64,000 bases of DNA from Patescibacteria group bacterium (lineage in GTDB: Bacteria > Patescibacteriota > Minisyncoccia > JAHISW01 > Tagabacteraceae), in the NCBI GenBank assembly GCA_018819015.1, contig JAHJQY010000019.1, positions 3,239 through 67,238 on the forward strand. Reading direction: 5' to 3'. Every line of letters starts with the position of its first letter. The stretch's first letter is position 1. Of this stretch, positions 10,262-19,429 are shown in pieces. The translations under genes were made by a program, and so were the position numbers. Below the pieces are notes generated by a model that was not told where the DNA came from, ran no database searches, and worked only from the letters and a program-made list of their open reading frames with translations.

Positions 10262-10396
10262 GTAGCGCCCGAGCGTCCATAGCGACGGCGCTGTTCGGCA
10301 CCTCGATGTCGGCTCATCCTATCCTGGGGCTGGAGAAGGTCCCAAGGGTTTGGCTGTTCGCCAATTAAAAGGGTACGCGAGCTGGGTTTAGACCGT

Positions 10397-11094
10397 TTAG
10401 CACATAAATCATGAATTTGTGTTTTAAACTGTCTAAACCCGAGAAAGACATTAAACACGGCGGCCTTCCGCAGTAATGCGGAATGGAAAAATCGACTCAT
10501 ATCGATGGAGTCCTAATAGTTGAATTTTAACCTGTCATATGTTAGGATAATATCGAGGGAAGCTATAATTTTTTATGGTAAAGAAAATTAAACAAATTAA
10601 TTGGGTTTATTTGGCGGGATTTCTTGATGGCGATGGTAGTATTTATGTAAGAATTAAACCAAATAACACTTATCGTTATGGATTTCAAATTGCTCCATCT
10701 GTGGTATTTTTTCAATCTGCAAAGGAAAAACAAAAAATTGAAAAATTGCAAAAAATTTATAAGATTGGTTATTTGCGAGACAGAAAAGATGGAATAACAG
10801 AATGGGTTATTGGAGACGAGAAATCAATACGTTTAATTATTGAAAATACGAGGAATTTTCTACATCTTAAACAAAAACAGGCTCAATTAATGCTAGAAGT
10901 TTTAGACAGAAAGAAACTAATTAAGACAGAAAAAGAATTTATTAAATTAGCCAAGAATGTAGATAGATTCAGAGAGTTGAATTATTCAAAAAAAAGAAAA
11001 AAATTATTAGCCCCGTAGAGACTACACGTCGATTGTCCCGTACAAATGCGGGATAGTGGTATAGTCCATGCACTTAGTAATAAGTGATAGCATG
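10397..11094 (+). mobile_element. Group-I-like intron in 23S rRNA at the E. coli ~2593-equivalent site (the I-CreI-type site, GGGTTTAGACCGT|GCGTGAGACAG); it carries a homing-endonuclease ORF
   Basis: The conserved GGGTTTAGAACGTCGTGAGACAG block is split by a ~700-nt insert. Boundaries are approximate within 1-3 nt. Confidence 0.65.
10575..11018 (+). CDS. LAGLIDADG homing endonuclease (single-motif, I-CreI-like size)
   Basis: Contains a YLAGFLDGDGSIY LAGLIDADG motif and is 147 aa. It lies within the second 23S intron. Confidence 0.85.
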   Translation: MVKKIKQINWVYLAGFLDGDGSIYVRIKPNNTYRYGFQIAPSVVFFQSAKEKQKIEKLQKIYKIGYLRDRKDGITEWVIGDEKSIRLIIENTRNFLHLKQKQAQLMLEVLDRKKLIKTEKEFIKLAKNVDRFRELNYSKKRKKLLAP

Positions 11095-11236
11095 CGTGAG
11101 ACAGGTTGGCCTCCTATCTACTGCAGGCGTCGATTCTTGAGGAGACTCTTTCCTAGTACGAGAGGACCGGAAAGAACTGACCTCTGGTGTACCAGTTGTT
11201 CCGCCAGGAGCATTGCTGGGTAGCTATGTCGGGAAA

Positions 11237-11270
<34 letters not shown>

Positions 11271-11420
11271 ACTCCAAGATTAGGAATCAATGGGTCCGTA
11301 GAAGATGACTACGTTGATAGGCTCAAAGTGTAAGTGCGGCAACGTATTTAGCTGAAGAGTACTAATGACCCGGTTACCCTCTTACTTATGTACAATTTGT
11401 TTTAAATTGAATTTTTAAAT

Positions 11421-11525
11421 CCGGCGATTCGGCGCCATGGAAACACCTGATCTCATTCCGAACTCAGAAGTTAAGCATGGTAGCGGCGATGGTACTCGTA
11501 ATGGGGAGAGTAGCTAGTCGCCGGT
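11421..11525 (+). rRNA. rrf: 5S rRNA
   Basis: CCGGCGATTCGGCGCCATGGAAACACCTGATCTCATTCCGAACTCAGAAGTTAAGCATGGTAGCGGCGATGGTACTCG..GGGAGAGTAGCTAGTCGCCGG matches the 5S consensus (CCGAACTCAGAAGTGAAAC..GATGGTA..GAGAGTAGG). Confidence 0.85.
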
Positions 11526-11631
11526 TCTAAGAATTTGATTTATTTTATGCGGGAGAGGAAGTTGCTGCCACACAACTGCGGCGTGTGAGCCACAAGCCAG
11601 GAAAGCTTGTGTATCCCGCTCCAAATTATAA

Positions 11632-11663
11632 AGCCCCCGAACGTAATCAGGGGGCTTTTTTTA
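11632..11663 (+). terminator. Rho-independent terminator of the 23S-5S unit
   Basis: AGCCCCC-gaacgtaatca-GGGGGCT followed by T7. Confidence 0.7.
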
Positions 11664-11690
11664 TTTCAGGTTATTGGATATAATGTTTTT

Positions 11691-12455
11691 ATGATGGCTA
11701 TTTTGGATTGGCGCGCGAAGAAAAAACTGCATTTTTTTCTGCTGGCCTTGATTGTCGTCGGCGGCGCCGTTTTATTTTTATTATATTTATCTTGGCCCAA
11801 AGCGACTTGCTCTGACGGCCGCCAAAACCAGCAGGAGGATGGAGTGGATTGCGGAGGTCCGTGTGTTCCGTGCGTCGTTAACCCAAAAGATGTCGTTGTT
11901 TTATGGTCAAGGGTATTCAAGACCAGTGAAGGAGTTTATGACGCGGCTGCTTTAGTGGAAAACCCCAATCTTTTTTACGGTCTCCCGTTTTTTAAATATA
12001 CTTTCAAAATTTACGATTCTGACAATGTCCTTGTTGCCGTAAAGGAGGGTCAGACATTTTTAAATCCCCATGATAAATTTTTGATTTTTGCCAATGATAT
12101 AAAAACGGGTCAAAGGCAGGCGGCGCGCTCTTTTGTGGAAATAGAAAATCTTTCCGTCTGGAAATATTTGGGCGAATCAAAATCAACTATTGTTATTTCT
12201 GAAAAAAGTTTTTCCAATACGCCTTTTCCGTTTTTGCGCGCCCGGCTTCTTAACCAGTCGCCTTTTTCAATAAAAGAAATTCAAGCGGCGGCAGTTTTAT
12301 ACGATGAGAATGAAAACGCGGTGGCGGTAAGTTCCACTAAATTAGATTTTATAGAAGCCGAAGGAAGCCAAGACGCGTTTTTTACCTGGTCTTATCCTTT
12401 TGCGGTTGAGCCTGTTTCTAATAAAATTTTTACAAGGGTGGATTTAACAAATTAA
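11691..12455 (+). CDS. Hypothetical membrane-anchored protein with a Cys-rich segment
   Basis: Starts MMAILDWRAKKKLHFFLLALIVVGGAVLFLLYL (TM), followed by a CSDGRQNQQEDGVDCGGPCVPC cluster. The ORF-track start at 11607 would overlap the rRNA terminator. Confidence 0.5.
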   Translation: MMAILDWRAKKKLHFFLLALIVVGGAVLFLLYLSWPKATCSDGRQNQQEDGVDCGGPCVPCVVNPKDVVVLWSRVFKTSEGVYDAAALVENPNLFYGLPFFKYTFKIYDSDNVLVAVKEGQTFLNPHDKFLIFANDIKTGQRQAARSFVEIENLSVWKYLGESKSTIVISEKSFSNTPFPFLRARLLNQSPFSIKEIQAAAVLYDENENAVAVSSTKLDFIEAEGSQDAFFTWSYPFAVEPVSNKIFTRVDLTN

Positions 12456-13567
12456 TGAAGCAGTTTGATTGGACGCTGTTTGTTTCGCTTATCCCGCTTT
12501 TGGGAGCGGGATTAATTACAATGAGACCGTTTGTGGGCGAGGGAGGGGATTATTGTTTTAATCGTCAAATTGTTTGGATAGCCGTAAGTTTGTTTGTTTT
12601 TTTTGTTTTTAGCCGGGTTGATTGGCGTTTTTTGAAAACAAGCGGTTTGCTTCTGGTTTTATTTGTTTTTGCGCTGGTTGTTCTGGGTTTTTTACTGGTT
12701 TTTGGCAAGCTTGTGAGGGGATCGTCAAGCTGGCTGGATTTTTTCTTTTTTTCCATACAGCCGTCTGAACCCATTAAACTTTTATTGATTTTGATATTGG
12801 CGAAATATTTTAGCCGCCGGCATATAGATATCGCGAATTTCAAACATATTTTTGTGTCCGGTATTTACGCCGCCATTCCGGCCGCGCTGATAATTTTTCA
12901 GCCTGATTTTGGTTCGGCCGTTGTTTTTGTTTTAATTTGGCTCGGAATGGTAACGGTTTCCGGCATAAACAAGAAGCATCTCTTGCTGGTTTTGCTGGTG
13001 TTTGTTTTGCTTTTCGCGGCGAGTTGGTTTTTTGTTTTCAAGCCGTACCAGAAGGCCAGGATTATGACTTTTTTAAATCCGCTTGGCGATCCGCAGGGCG
13101 CCGGCTACAACGCTTTGCAATCAATGATAGCCGCCGGCTCCGGTCAGATTTGGGGGAAAGGAATCGGTTACGGCACGCAGAGCAGGTTAAATTTTTTGCC
13201 GGAACACAGGACGGATTTTATTTTTGCCGCTTTTGCCGAAGAGTGGGGTTTTGTCGGAGTTTTGATAATTTTTTCTTGTTTCGGTGTTTTAATATGGCGC
13301 ATTTTAAGAAACGCTTATCTCGCCCAGTTTAATTTTGAAAAATTTTTCGCGATGGGGCTTTCAGTTTTTTTAATGGCTCATTTTGTTTTGCATATAGGAA
13401 TGAATATTGGCGTTTTGCCAATCACCGGCCTTAGTATGCCGTTTTTGAGCTACGGCGGGTCGTATATGGTTACTATTTTTGCCGGTCTCGGCATTTTAAT
13501 GGGGTTTAGAAAACATTCTCAAGGCGCGTTGCAGGAAAATACGCTCGTGGAATTTTTAGGAGCTTAA
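12455..13567 (+). CDS. SEDS-family peptidoglycan glycosyltransferase (FtsW/RodA)
   Basis: Has 10 TM segments and SEDS motifs (PSEPIKLLLILILAKYF, QPDFGSAVVFVLIWLGMV, GKGIGYGTQSRLNFLPEHRTDFIFAAFAEEWGFVGV). It overlaps the previous stop by 1 nt. Confidence 0.85.
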   Translation: MKQFDWTLFVSLIPLLGAGLITMRPFVGEGGDYCFNRQIVWIAVSLFVFFVFSRVDWRFLKTSGLLLVLFVFALVVLGFLLVFGKLVRGSSSWLDFFFFSIQPSEPIKLLLILILAKYFSRRHIDIANFKHIFVSGIYAAIPAALIIFQPDFGSAVVFVLIWLGMVTVSGINKKHLLLVLLVFVLLFAASWFFVFKPYQKARIMTFLNPLGDPQGAGYNALQSMIAAGSGQIWGKGIGYGTQSRLNFLPEHRTDFIFAAFAEEWGFVGVLIIFSCFGVLIWRILRNAYLAQFNFEKFFAMGLSVFLMAHFVLHIGMNIGVLPITGLSMPFLSYGGSYMVTIFAGLGILMGFRKHSQGALQENTLVEFLGA

Positions 13568-13602
13568 AAAGTAAAACCTTTTTTTGTTAGTTTTTGTTAT
13601 AT

Positions 13603-15444
13603 TTGGCGTGTGGAATAATTGGTTATATAGGCAAAAACAAAAACGCCATTGATGTGGCGATTAAGGGATTGGGGCAGTTAGAGTATCGCGGTTATGATTC
13701 AGTCGGTTTTGCTTTGATGAGCGAGGTTCAACCTCGCTCATTTAAAGTTTTTTGCGAGAAAACAATCGGACGGGTCAAAAATTTGGAAACAAAAATTGAA
13801 GGAAGAGATTTTTCTTCCAATTGTGTTATTGCTCACACGCGCTGGGCTACTCACGGCGTTCCTTCTGAAAAAAATGCCCACCCGCATTGTGATTGTGGAA
13901 AGAAAATTTTTATTGTTCATAATGGCATTATAGAAAACTATCAATTTTTAAAAACGGTTCTCCGGCGGGAGGGCCATAAATTTTCATCAGACACAGACAC
14001 GGAAGTTTTGGCTCACCTTGTGGAGCGTTATTTGCAAAAAAATACTCTTCTTGAAGACGCGCTTATTCAGGCGTTGTGCCACGTGAAAGGCACTTTTGCC
14101 GTCGCCGTTATCAGCGCGCTGGATCCGAATAAAATTGTCGCCGCTCGCCGTTCGTCGCCGCTTATTATCGGGCTTGGAAACGGCGAGCATTTTTTAGCTT
14201 CCGATGCCTCGGCCTTGACGGAGTATACCAAAAAAGTGGTTTATTTGGACGATGACGAGGTCGCGGTTTTAACGCCGGATTCGTTTTTGTTTTGTGATTT
14301 TTCAAAAAAGGCCAGGCAGAAAAAAATTGATAAAATAGACTGGGACACGGAAAAAGCTCAAAAAGAGGGGTTCAAGCATTTTATGTTGAAAGAAATACAT
14401 AATCAACCCGAGTCAATCAAAGATTCTTTAAGGGGCAGGCTTATAGAGAAAGAAGGCCGAGTTAAACTTGGCGGATTGGAAGTGCTGGGCAGGCAGGTAA
14501 AAAATATAGAGAGAATAATTATAACTGCTTGCGGCACTGCTTATTATGCCGGCATGCTGGGCAAATATATGTTTGAAAATTATGCCGGTATTCCGACAGA
14601 GGTTGAGTTGGCGTCGGAGTTTCGTTATCGCAATCCGGTTTTAAATAAAAGCACCGCGGTTTTGGCTGTTTCCCAGTCGGGGGAAACGGCGGACACGCTG
14701 GCAGCCATTAATCTTGCCAAACAAAAAGGAAATCTTGTGCTGGGGATAGTTAATACTGTCGGTTCTTCGGTTGCGCGCCTGACTGACGCCGGCGTGTATA
14801 ATCATATCGGACCGGAAATTGGAGTCGCTTCCACCAAGGCGTTTACTTCGCAGGTCGCGATACTTGCTTTGTTTGCTCTGTTTTTGTCAAAGCGAAAATC
14901 GCAGGAAGCAATTAAAGCATTAAATCTTTTGCCGTTTCAAGTTAAGAAAATTTTAAAAAATGAAAAAGCAATTCAGCGACTGGCTCGTAAATATAATAAG
15001 TACGATAATTTTTTATATCTTGGCAGGAACTATAATTATCCCGCGGCGCTTGAGGGTGCCTTAAAGCTGAAAGAAATTTCCTACGCACATGCGGAAGGAT
15101 ACGCGGCCGGTGAAATGAAACATGGGCCAATCGCGCTTATAGATAAGAATTTTCCAACCCTCGCCATTGTGGGAAATCCGATTTCCCACACTTACCCCAA
15201 AATGATTTCTAGTCTCGAGGAAATAAAAGCCAGAAAGGGCCCGATAATAGCCATTGCCGCGGAGGGGGACGAGGATATTGCAAAAATCGCCGACGACGTA
15301 ATTTATATTCCTAAAACAATTGAAATGCTTAATCCTGTTTTGGCCGCCGTGCCGCTTCAGCTTTTTGCTTATTATATGGCGGTTCTGCGCGGTTTTGATC
15401 CGGACAAACCTCGTAATCTTGCCAAATCGGTTACGGTTGAATAG
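13603..15444 (+). CDS. glmS: Glutamine--fructose-6-phosphate aminotransferase (GlmS)
   Basis: N-terminal CGIIGYIG (Ntn Cys), two SIS domains, and the hallmark C-terminal KSVTVE. The start is uncertain: the nearest in-frame start codon gives M-A-C. Confidence 0.9.
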   Translation: MACGIIGYIGKNKNAIDVAIKGLGQLEYRGYDSVGFALMSEVQPRSFKVFCEKTIGRVKNLETKIEGRDFSSNCVIAHTRWATHGVPSEKNAHPHCDCGKKIFIVHNGIIENYQFLKTVLRREGHKFSSDTDTEVLAHLVERYLQKNTLLEDALIQALCHVKGTFAVAVISALDPNKIVAARRSSPLIIGLGNGEHFLASDASALTEYTKKVVYLDDDEVAVLTPDSFLFCDFSKKARQKKIDKIDWDTEKAQKEGFKHFMLKEIHNQPESIKDSLRGRLIEKEGRVKLGGLEVLGRQVKNIERIIITACGTAYYAGMLGKYMFENYAGIPTEVELASEFRYRNPVLNKSTAVLAVSQSGETADTLAAINLAKQKGNLVLGIVNTVGSSVARLTDAGVYNHIGPEIGVASTKAFTSQVAILALFALFLSKRKSQEAIKALNLLPFQVKKILKNEKAIQRLARKYNKYDNFLYLGRNYNYPAALEGALKLKEISYAHAEGYAAGEMKHGPIALIDKNFPTLAIVGNPISHTYPKMISSLEEIKARKGPIIAIAAEGDEDIAKIADDVIYIPKTIEMLNPVLAAVPLQLFAYYMAVLRGFDPDKPRNLAKSVTVE

Positions 15445-15445
15445 T

Positions 15446-15474
15446 ATCTGTGGGATATCCGATATCCCACAGAT
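15446..15474. repeat. REP-type palindrome (ATCTGTGGGATATCCGATATCCCACAGAT) upstream of the RAYT gene
   Basis: A 29-nt near-perfect palindrome. Related copies occur at 15701-15721, 16166-16186 and as an inverted pair at 31976-32017. Confidence 0.8.
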
Positions 15475-15514
15475 AGACTTTTCTTGAGTGAAAATACGTG
15501 TATAATGTTAACTA

Positions 15515-16156
15515 ATGAAAAGGCCTAGATTTGCAAATGATTGTTTTTACCATGTTTATAATCGTGGCGTGGATAAACGCAAGGTTTTTCTTAATAATAA
15601 AGATTATCGAAGATTTTTTTACAGTATAAAAGATTTTAACGATAAAAATTCTTCTATTAATCTTTTTCGTAGAGTCAGCGTAAGCGGAAACACCATAGAT
15701 GTGGGGAATCGGATATCCCACAAAATTGTAGACAGAGAGCCGCTTGTGGAAATTGTGTCTTTTTGTTTGATGCCAAACCATTTTCATTTTATTTTAAGAC
15801 AAATAGAAGATTGGGGCGTTTCCAGGTTTATGCAAAAAATGGGAATTGGTTATACTAATTATTTTAATCAAAAATATGAACGAAACGGAGTTTTGTTTCA
15901 GGGCAAATTTAAAGCGGTTTTAATTGATAGAGATGCGTATTTAAATTATCTTAAGCAGTATGTTTATTTGAATCCTTTGGATATCATAGAGCCGGGCTGG
16001 AAAGAGGCTGGTCTAAAAAATTGGCGCAAGGCCAAGAAATTTTTGGAGTCATATAGGTGGACAGATTGCAAAGATTATAACGAGTATGATGAGTTTCTGG
16101 TGTCTTGCAAGAAGAAAGCCAGCTTTGGTGATATAAAAGAATATATTATTGATTAG
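15515..16156 (+). CDS. REP-associated tyrosine transposase (RAYT / TnpA_REP, IS200/IS605-like HUH Y1 family)
   Basis: HUH motif LMPNHFHFIL; catalytic Tyr motif YLNYLKQYVYLNPL (Y..NP) preceded by FQGKF; N-terminal FYHVYNRG. A REP copy (15701-15721) sits in frame inside the ORF. Confidence 0.8.
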   Translation: MKRPRFANDCFYHVYNRGVDKRKVFLNNKDYRRFFYSIKDFNDKNSSINLFRRVSVSGNTIDVGNRISHKIVDREPLVEIVSFCLMPNHFHFILRQIEDWGVSRFMQKMGIGYTNYFNQKYERNGVLFQGKFKAVLIDRDAYLNYLKQYVYLNPLDIIEPGWKEAGLKNWRKAKKFLESYRWTDCKDYNEYDEFLVSCKKKASFGDIKEYIID

Positions 16157-16165
16157 GCGGTACTT

Positions 16166-16186
16166 GTGGGGAATCGGATATCCCAC
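16166..16186. repeat. REP copy (GTGGGGAATCGGATATCCCAC) downstream of the RAYT gene
   Basis: Same 21-nt imperfect palindrome as at 15701-15721, located 10 nt after the RAYT stop. Confidence 0.8.
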
Positions 16187-16238
16187 ATAATGCTTTTTTG
16201 TATTGCCATTTTTGGATTTTTCGTTATTATATAAATCA

Positions 16239-17564
16239 ATGGTTAAGACACGTTTTTTGGCGATATTTTTATTACTTTTGGGTTTTTTTGCCGCCTATTT
16301 TGATGCGGCAACGTTTTTGCCAGACAGCTTGAAAGGATTTTCGCCCGAAGTGCCTTTCAGGTTGGGACTGGATCTTCAGGGCGGCATCCATTTGGTTTAT
16401 CGCGCCGACACGTCGGTTGTCGGCAAGGACGAAATAAATACCTCAATGTCCGGCCTTCGCGATGTTATTGAACGCCGAGTCAATTTGTTCGGCGTTACGG
16501 AACCGATCGTTCAAATTCAACAGCAGGGAGGAGAGAATCGGCTTATTGTGGAATTGCCGGGCATAAAAGATATAAGCGGGGCTGTTGCACTCATTGGGGA
16601 AACTCCATACTTGGAATTTAAAACCCAGCGGTTGCAAGAAGAAAGCGACGCGATTTTGGCAGATCAAAAAAACGGCCAGCGTTTGTACGAAGATCCCTAT
16701 TTTATTGCTACGCAATTAACCGGCAGGTTTCTTAAAAAAGCATCTTTGAATTTTAATCAAACGACTTTTGAGCCGGAAATATCTTTGGAATTCACAAGTG
16801 AAGGCGGTGATCTTTTTGCCAAGATTACGAAAGAAAATGTTGGCAAGCCATTGGCGATTTATTTGGATGGCGCGCCTATCAGTGTTCCGAATGTTCGCGA
16901 AGAAATTACTGGCGGACATGCGCAAATCACCGGTCATTTTACTTCGGAAGAATCTAAGACTTTGGTTCAGCGGCTTAATTCCGGGGCTCTGCCTATCCCC
17001 ATTGAACTTATTTCCCAGCAGAGCGTAGGCGCCTCGTTGGGCGAAGAAGTTTTGCATAAAAGTGTTTACGCCGGCGTGATAGGATTTTTGGCAGTGGCGC
17101 TTTTCTTGCTTTTTTGGTACAGATTTATAGGAGTCGCGGCTGTTTTGGCTTTGGCAATTTACGCTTCGGTAGTTTTAATGTTTTTTAAAATAATACCGGT
17201 TACATTAAGCGCCGCCGGCATCGCCGGGTTCATACTTTCAGTTGGGGTTGCTGTTGACGCCAATATTCTTATTTTTGACCGGATAAAAGAAGAATTGCGG
17301 GGAGGCAAAAATCTTGGTTCTGCTATTCCAGAAGGATTTGCCCGCGCATGGACTTCTATCAGGGATTCAAATATTTCTACACTCATCACGGCGATTATTC
17401 TTTTTTGGTTCGGGACAAGTATTGTAAAAGGGTTTGCCTTGACTCTTGGAACCGGTATTTTAATAAGTTTATTCTCCTCTTACACGGTGACAAGAACTTT
17501 TTTGGCGGCAGTGAATTTGAAGGGGGAAGGGAAATTATCAAAAATTTTATTGGGAATAAAATAA
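16239..17564 (+). CDS. secD: Protein translocase subunit SecD
   Basis: LGLDLQGGIHLVY motif, periplasmic domain, C-terminal 6-TM block, and it lies directly upstream of SecF. The start is placed at MVKTRFLAIFLLLLGFF. Confidence 0.9.
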   Translation: MVKTRFLAIFLLLLGFFAAYFDAATFLPDSLKGFSPEVPFRLGLDLQGGIHLVYRADTSVVGKDEINTSMSGLRDVIERRVNLFGVTEPIVQIQQQGGENRLIVELPGIKDISGAVALIGETPYLEFKTQRLQEESDAILADQKNGQRLYEDPYFIATQLTGRFLKKASLNFNQTTFEPEISLEFTSEGGDLFAKITKENVGKPLAIYLDGAPISVPNVREEITGGHAQITGHFTSEESKTLVQRLNSGALPIPIELISQQSVGASLGEEVLHKSVYAGVIGFLAVALFLLFWYRFIGVAAVLALAIYASVVLMFFKIIPVTLSAAGIAGFILSVGVAVDANILIFDRIKEELRGGKNLGSAIPEGFARAWTSIRDSNISTLITAIILFWFGTSIVKGFALTLGTGILISLFSSYTVTRTFLAAVNLKGEGKLSKILLGIK

Positions 17565-17568
17565 TAAA

Positions 17569-18471
17569 ATGATTAAGCATCGCAAAATATTTTATATAAT
17601 TTCAGGAATATTGGTAGCGATTAGTTTGGCGGCTTTTATAATTTGGGGACTGAATTTAGCCATAGATTTTACCGGCGGTTCCCTTTTGGAGGTTGAATAC
17701 CTGCCTGCCGGCGAGGCAAGCGAGCAAGTTCGTCCGTCGGTAGAAATCGTGAAAGAAGCGGTTGGCGGTTTGGGGTTGGGGAATATTTCAGTCCAGCCGT
17801 TTGGTGAAAAAGGATTACTTTTGCGGACGCGTGATTTGACAGAAGAGGAACACCAAGTCTTACTTCAGTCTTTGGGTGATGCTACCCAAAAGCGTTTTGA
17901 CTCCATTGGCCCGATTATCGGCCAGGAACTTGCTAGAAAGGCTTGGACCGCGATTTTTTTGGTTATTTTAATGATCGTCATTTTTATTGCTTGGGCCTTC
18001 AGAAAAGCCGGGCGGCCGGTGGCTTCATGGAAATACGGAGTTATCGCCATCGTTGCTCTTGTTCATGATGTGACAATTCCAACCGGAGTTTTTGCGGCGC
18101 TGGGTCATTTTTATCATGTGGAAGTGGATATTCTTTTTGTTACGGCATTGCTGACAATTCTTGGTTTTTCGGTTCATGACACGATAGTTGTTTTTGATAG
18201 AATTCGCGAGAATTTGAAAAAGGGAATTGGAAATTCTTTTGAAGACGGCATTGAGAGAAGTCTGGGGCAGGTGATAGGCCGGTCTATAAAAACCAGTTTG
18301 GCAATTCTTTTGGTATTAGCTTCATTGTTTTTTTTCGGCGGAGAGGCCACGCGGTATTTTTCTCTGACTCTTATTTTGGGAATTATTTTCGGGACTTATT
18401 CTTCGTTGTTCCTGGCCAGTCCTTTATTGGTCACTTGGTATAATTGGCAGCAAAAGAATGGAAAAGTTTGA
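17569..18471 (+). CDS. secF: Protein translocase subunit SecF
   Basis: DFTGGSLLEVEY at the N-terminus and a 6-TM C-terminal domain with ..RIRENLKKG... Confidence 0.9.
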   Translation: MIKHRKIFYIISGILVAISLAAFIIWGLNLAIDFTGGSLLEVEYLPAGEASEQVRPSVEIVKEAVGGLGLGNISVQPFGEKGLLLRTRDLTEEEHQVLLQSLGDATQKRFDSIGPIIGQELARKAWTAIFLVILMIVIFIAWAFRKAGRPVASWKYGVIAIVALVHDVTIPTGVFAALGHFYHVEVDILFVTALLTILGFSVHDTIVVFDRIRENLKKGIGNSFEDGIERSLGQVIGRSIKTSLAILLVLASLFFFGGEATRYFSLTLILGIIFGTYSSLFLASPLLVTWYNWQQKNGKV

Positions 18472-18714
18472 AGATTGGGAAAAAAAATTGGAAGAGGAGA
18501 GAATAAAACGCGAGGCAGAAAAAGAATTGTATCATAAAGAAAGAGAAGGGGTGCTAAAAGAAAAAAAGAGAAAAGAAAAAGGGGGAGAAAAAATAACCAG
18601 GCAGGAATATCTGACCGAAAAAATCAGAAAGGCGCAGGAACGAGAAAAAAAGAAATTTAAATCAGAAGATAAGTAATAAAGAAACAATATACATAAAAGA
18701 AATAATATACGTAT

Positions 18715-18728
18715 ACTACGATCGTAGC
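18715..18728. promoter_or_regulatory. Palindrome CTACGATCGTAG (core of an ~36-nt imperfect inverted repeat) upstream of the PaaX-like gene. Related palindromes are TACTACGATCGTAGTA (19346-19361), AGACGATCGTCT (58923-58934) and GACTATCGTC (59617-59626).
   Basis: ACGATCGT-core palindromes occur only flanking the two PaaX-like paralogs in this window, so they are candidate operator sites. Confidence 0.35.
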
Positions 18729-18751
18729 ATACGTATATATAAAAAATAGAA

Positions 18752-19312
18752 ATGAAAAAAGAAACTAAAATAATGGTGAGCAAAATTATTTTAGGCATTG
18801 TGGCTACTGCCGGACTTTTAAGTGTGGCCGCCTTGGCGCCAAATGCCGTGCAATGTATAGAAATGTTTTATCCAAACAAGAAAAGAAAATATAACAGTGC
18901 TTGGTATATAAAAACTTGTATCGGCAGATTGAAACAGCAAGGTTTGATAAAATTTGAAAGCAAGAATGGAAAAACCTTTGTTCGACTTACCGAGAAAGGA
19001 AAAGAAAAATTGTTAAAATATCAGCTGCAAGAAATTAAGATAAAGAAGCCGTCCAAATGGGATAACAAATGGCGAGTCATCATTTTTGATATTAAAGAAA
19101 ACAGAAGATATATTAGAGATAGCTTGAGAAAAGAATTAATTAATTTAGGTTTTTTTAATCTTCAAAAAAGCGTTTGGGTATATCCTTATGAATGTGAAGA
19201 AGTGGTTATAATGTTGAAATCTCATCTTCAAATCGGCAAGGACGTTTTATATATGGTAGTTGATAGAATAGAAAACGATAAATGGCTGAAAAAGGAATTT
19301 GGTTTGTGTTGA
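18752..19312 (+). CDS. PaaX-like transcriptional regulator (N-terminal TM segment, wHTH, and PaaX middle-domain motif KWD..W..I.FDI)
   Basis: The wHTH segment YIKTCIGRLKQQGLIKFESKNGKTFVRLTEKGKEKL is followed by KWDNKWRVIIFDIKENRRYIRDSLRKELINLGFFNLQKSVWVYPYEC. This resembles the E. coli PaaX region AWDGKWLLLL.....VKKQLIWQGFGAL. A paralog lies at 58977-59555. Confidence 0.6.
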   Translation: MKKETKIMVSKIILGIVATAGLLSVAALAPNAVQCIEMFYPNKKRKYNSAWYIKTCIGRLKQQGLIKFESKNGKTFVRLTEKGKEKLLKYQLQEIKIKKPSKWDNKWRVIIFDIKENRRYIRDSLRKELINLGFFNLQKSVWVYPYECEEVVIMLKSHLQIGKDVLYMVVDRIENDKWLKKEFGLC

Positions 19313-19429
19313 GATAATTTGATAAAAATTTTCAATGTATATAAATACTACGATCGTAGTAAATGTATACAAATTTTTTTCTTGGTCTTCGCTTTTATTA
19401 TTTTTAAAAATCACGGTATAATTTTGTGT

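Noticed and set aside
11537-11625. Possible small structured RNA between 5S and the terminator (GCGGGAGAGG...CACAAGCCAGGAAAGCTTGTG...TCCCGC)
   Set aside because: It has local hairpins but no recognisable family. It is more likely the 3' trailer or processing region of the rRNA transcript.
13568-13602. glmS ribozyme upstream of glmS
   Set aside because: The intergenic region is only ~35 nt, far too short for the ribozyme core.
15446-16186. Possible CRISPR array, suggested by the repeated GTGGGGAATCGGATATCCCAC units
   Set aside because: The copies are individually palindromic, irregularly spaced (255 and 445 nt apart), flank a HUH transposase and recur inside thiI. That is REP/RAYT behaviour, not a repeat-spacer array.
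18458-18676. 72-aa Lys/Glu-rich ORF overlapping the SecF 3' end
   Set aside because: Extreme low-complexity (KE repeats) sequence with no start context. It may be real but there is no support beyond an open frame.
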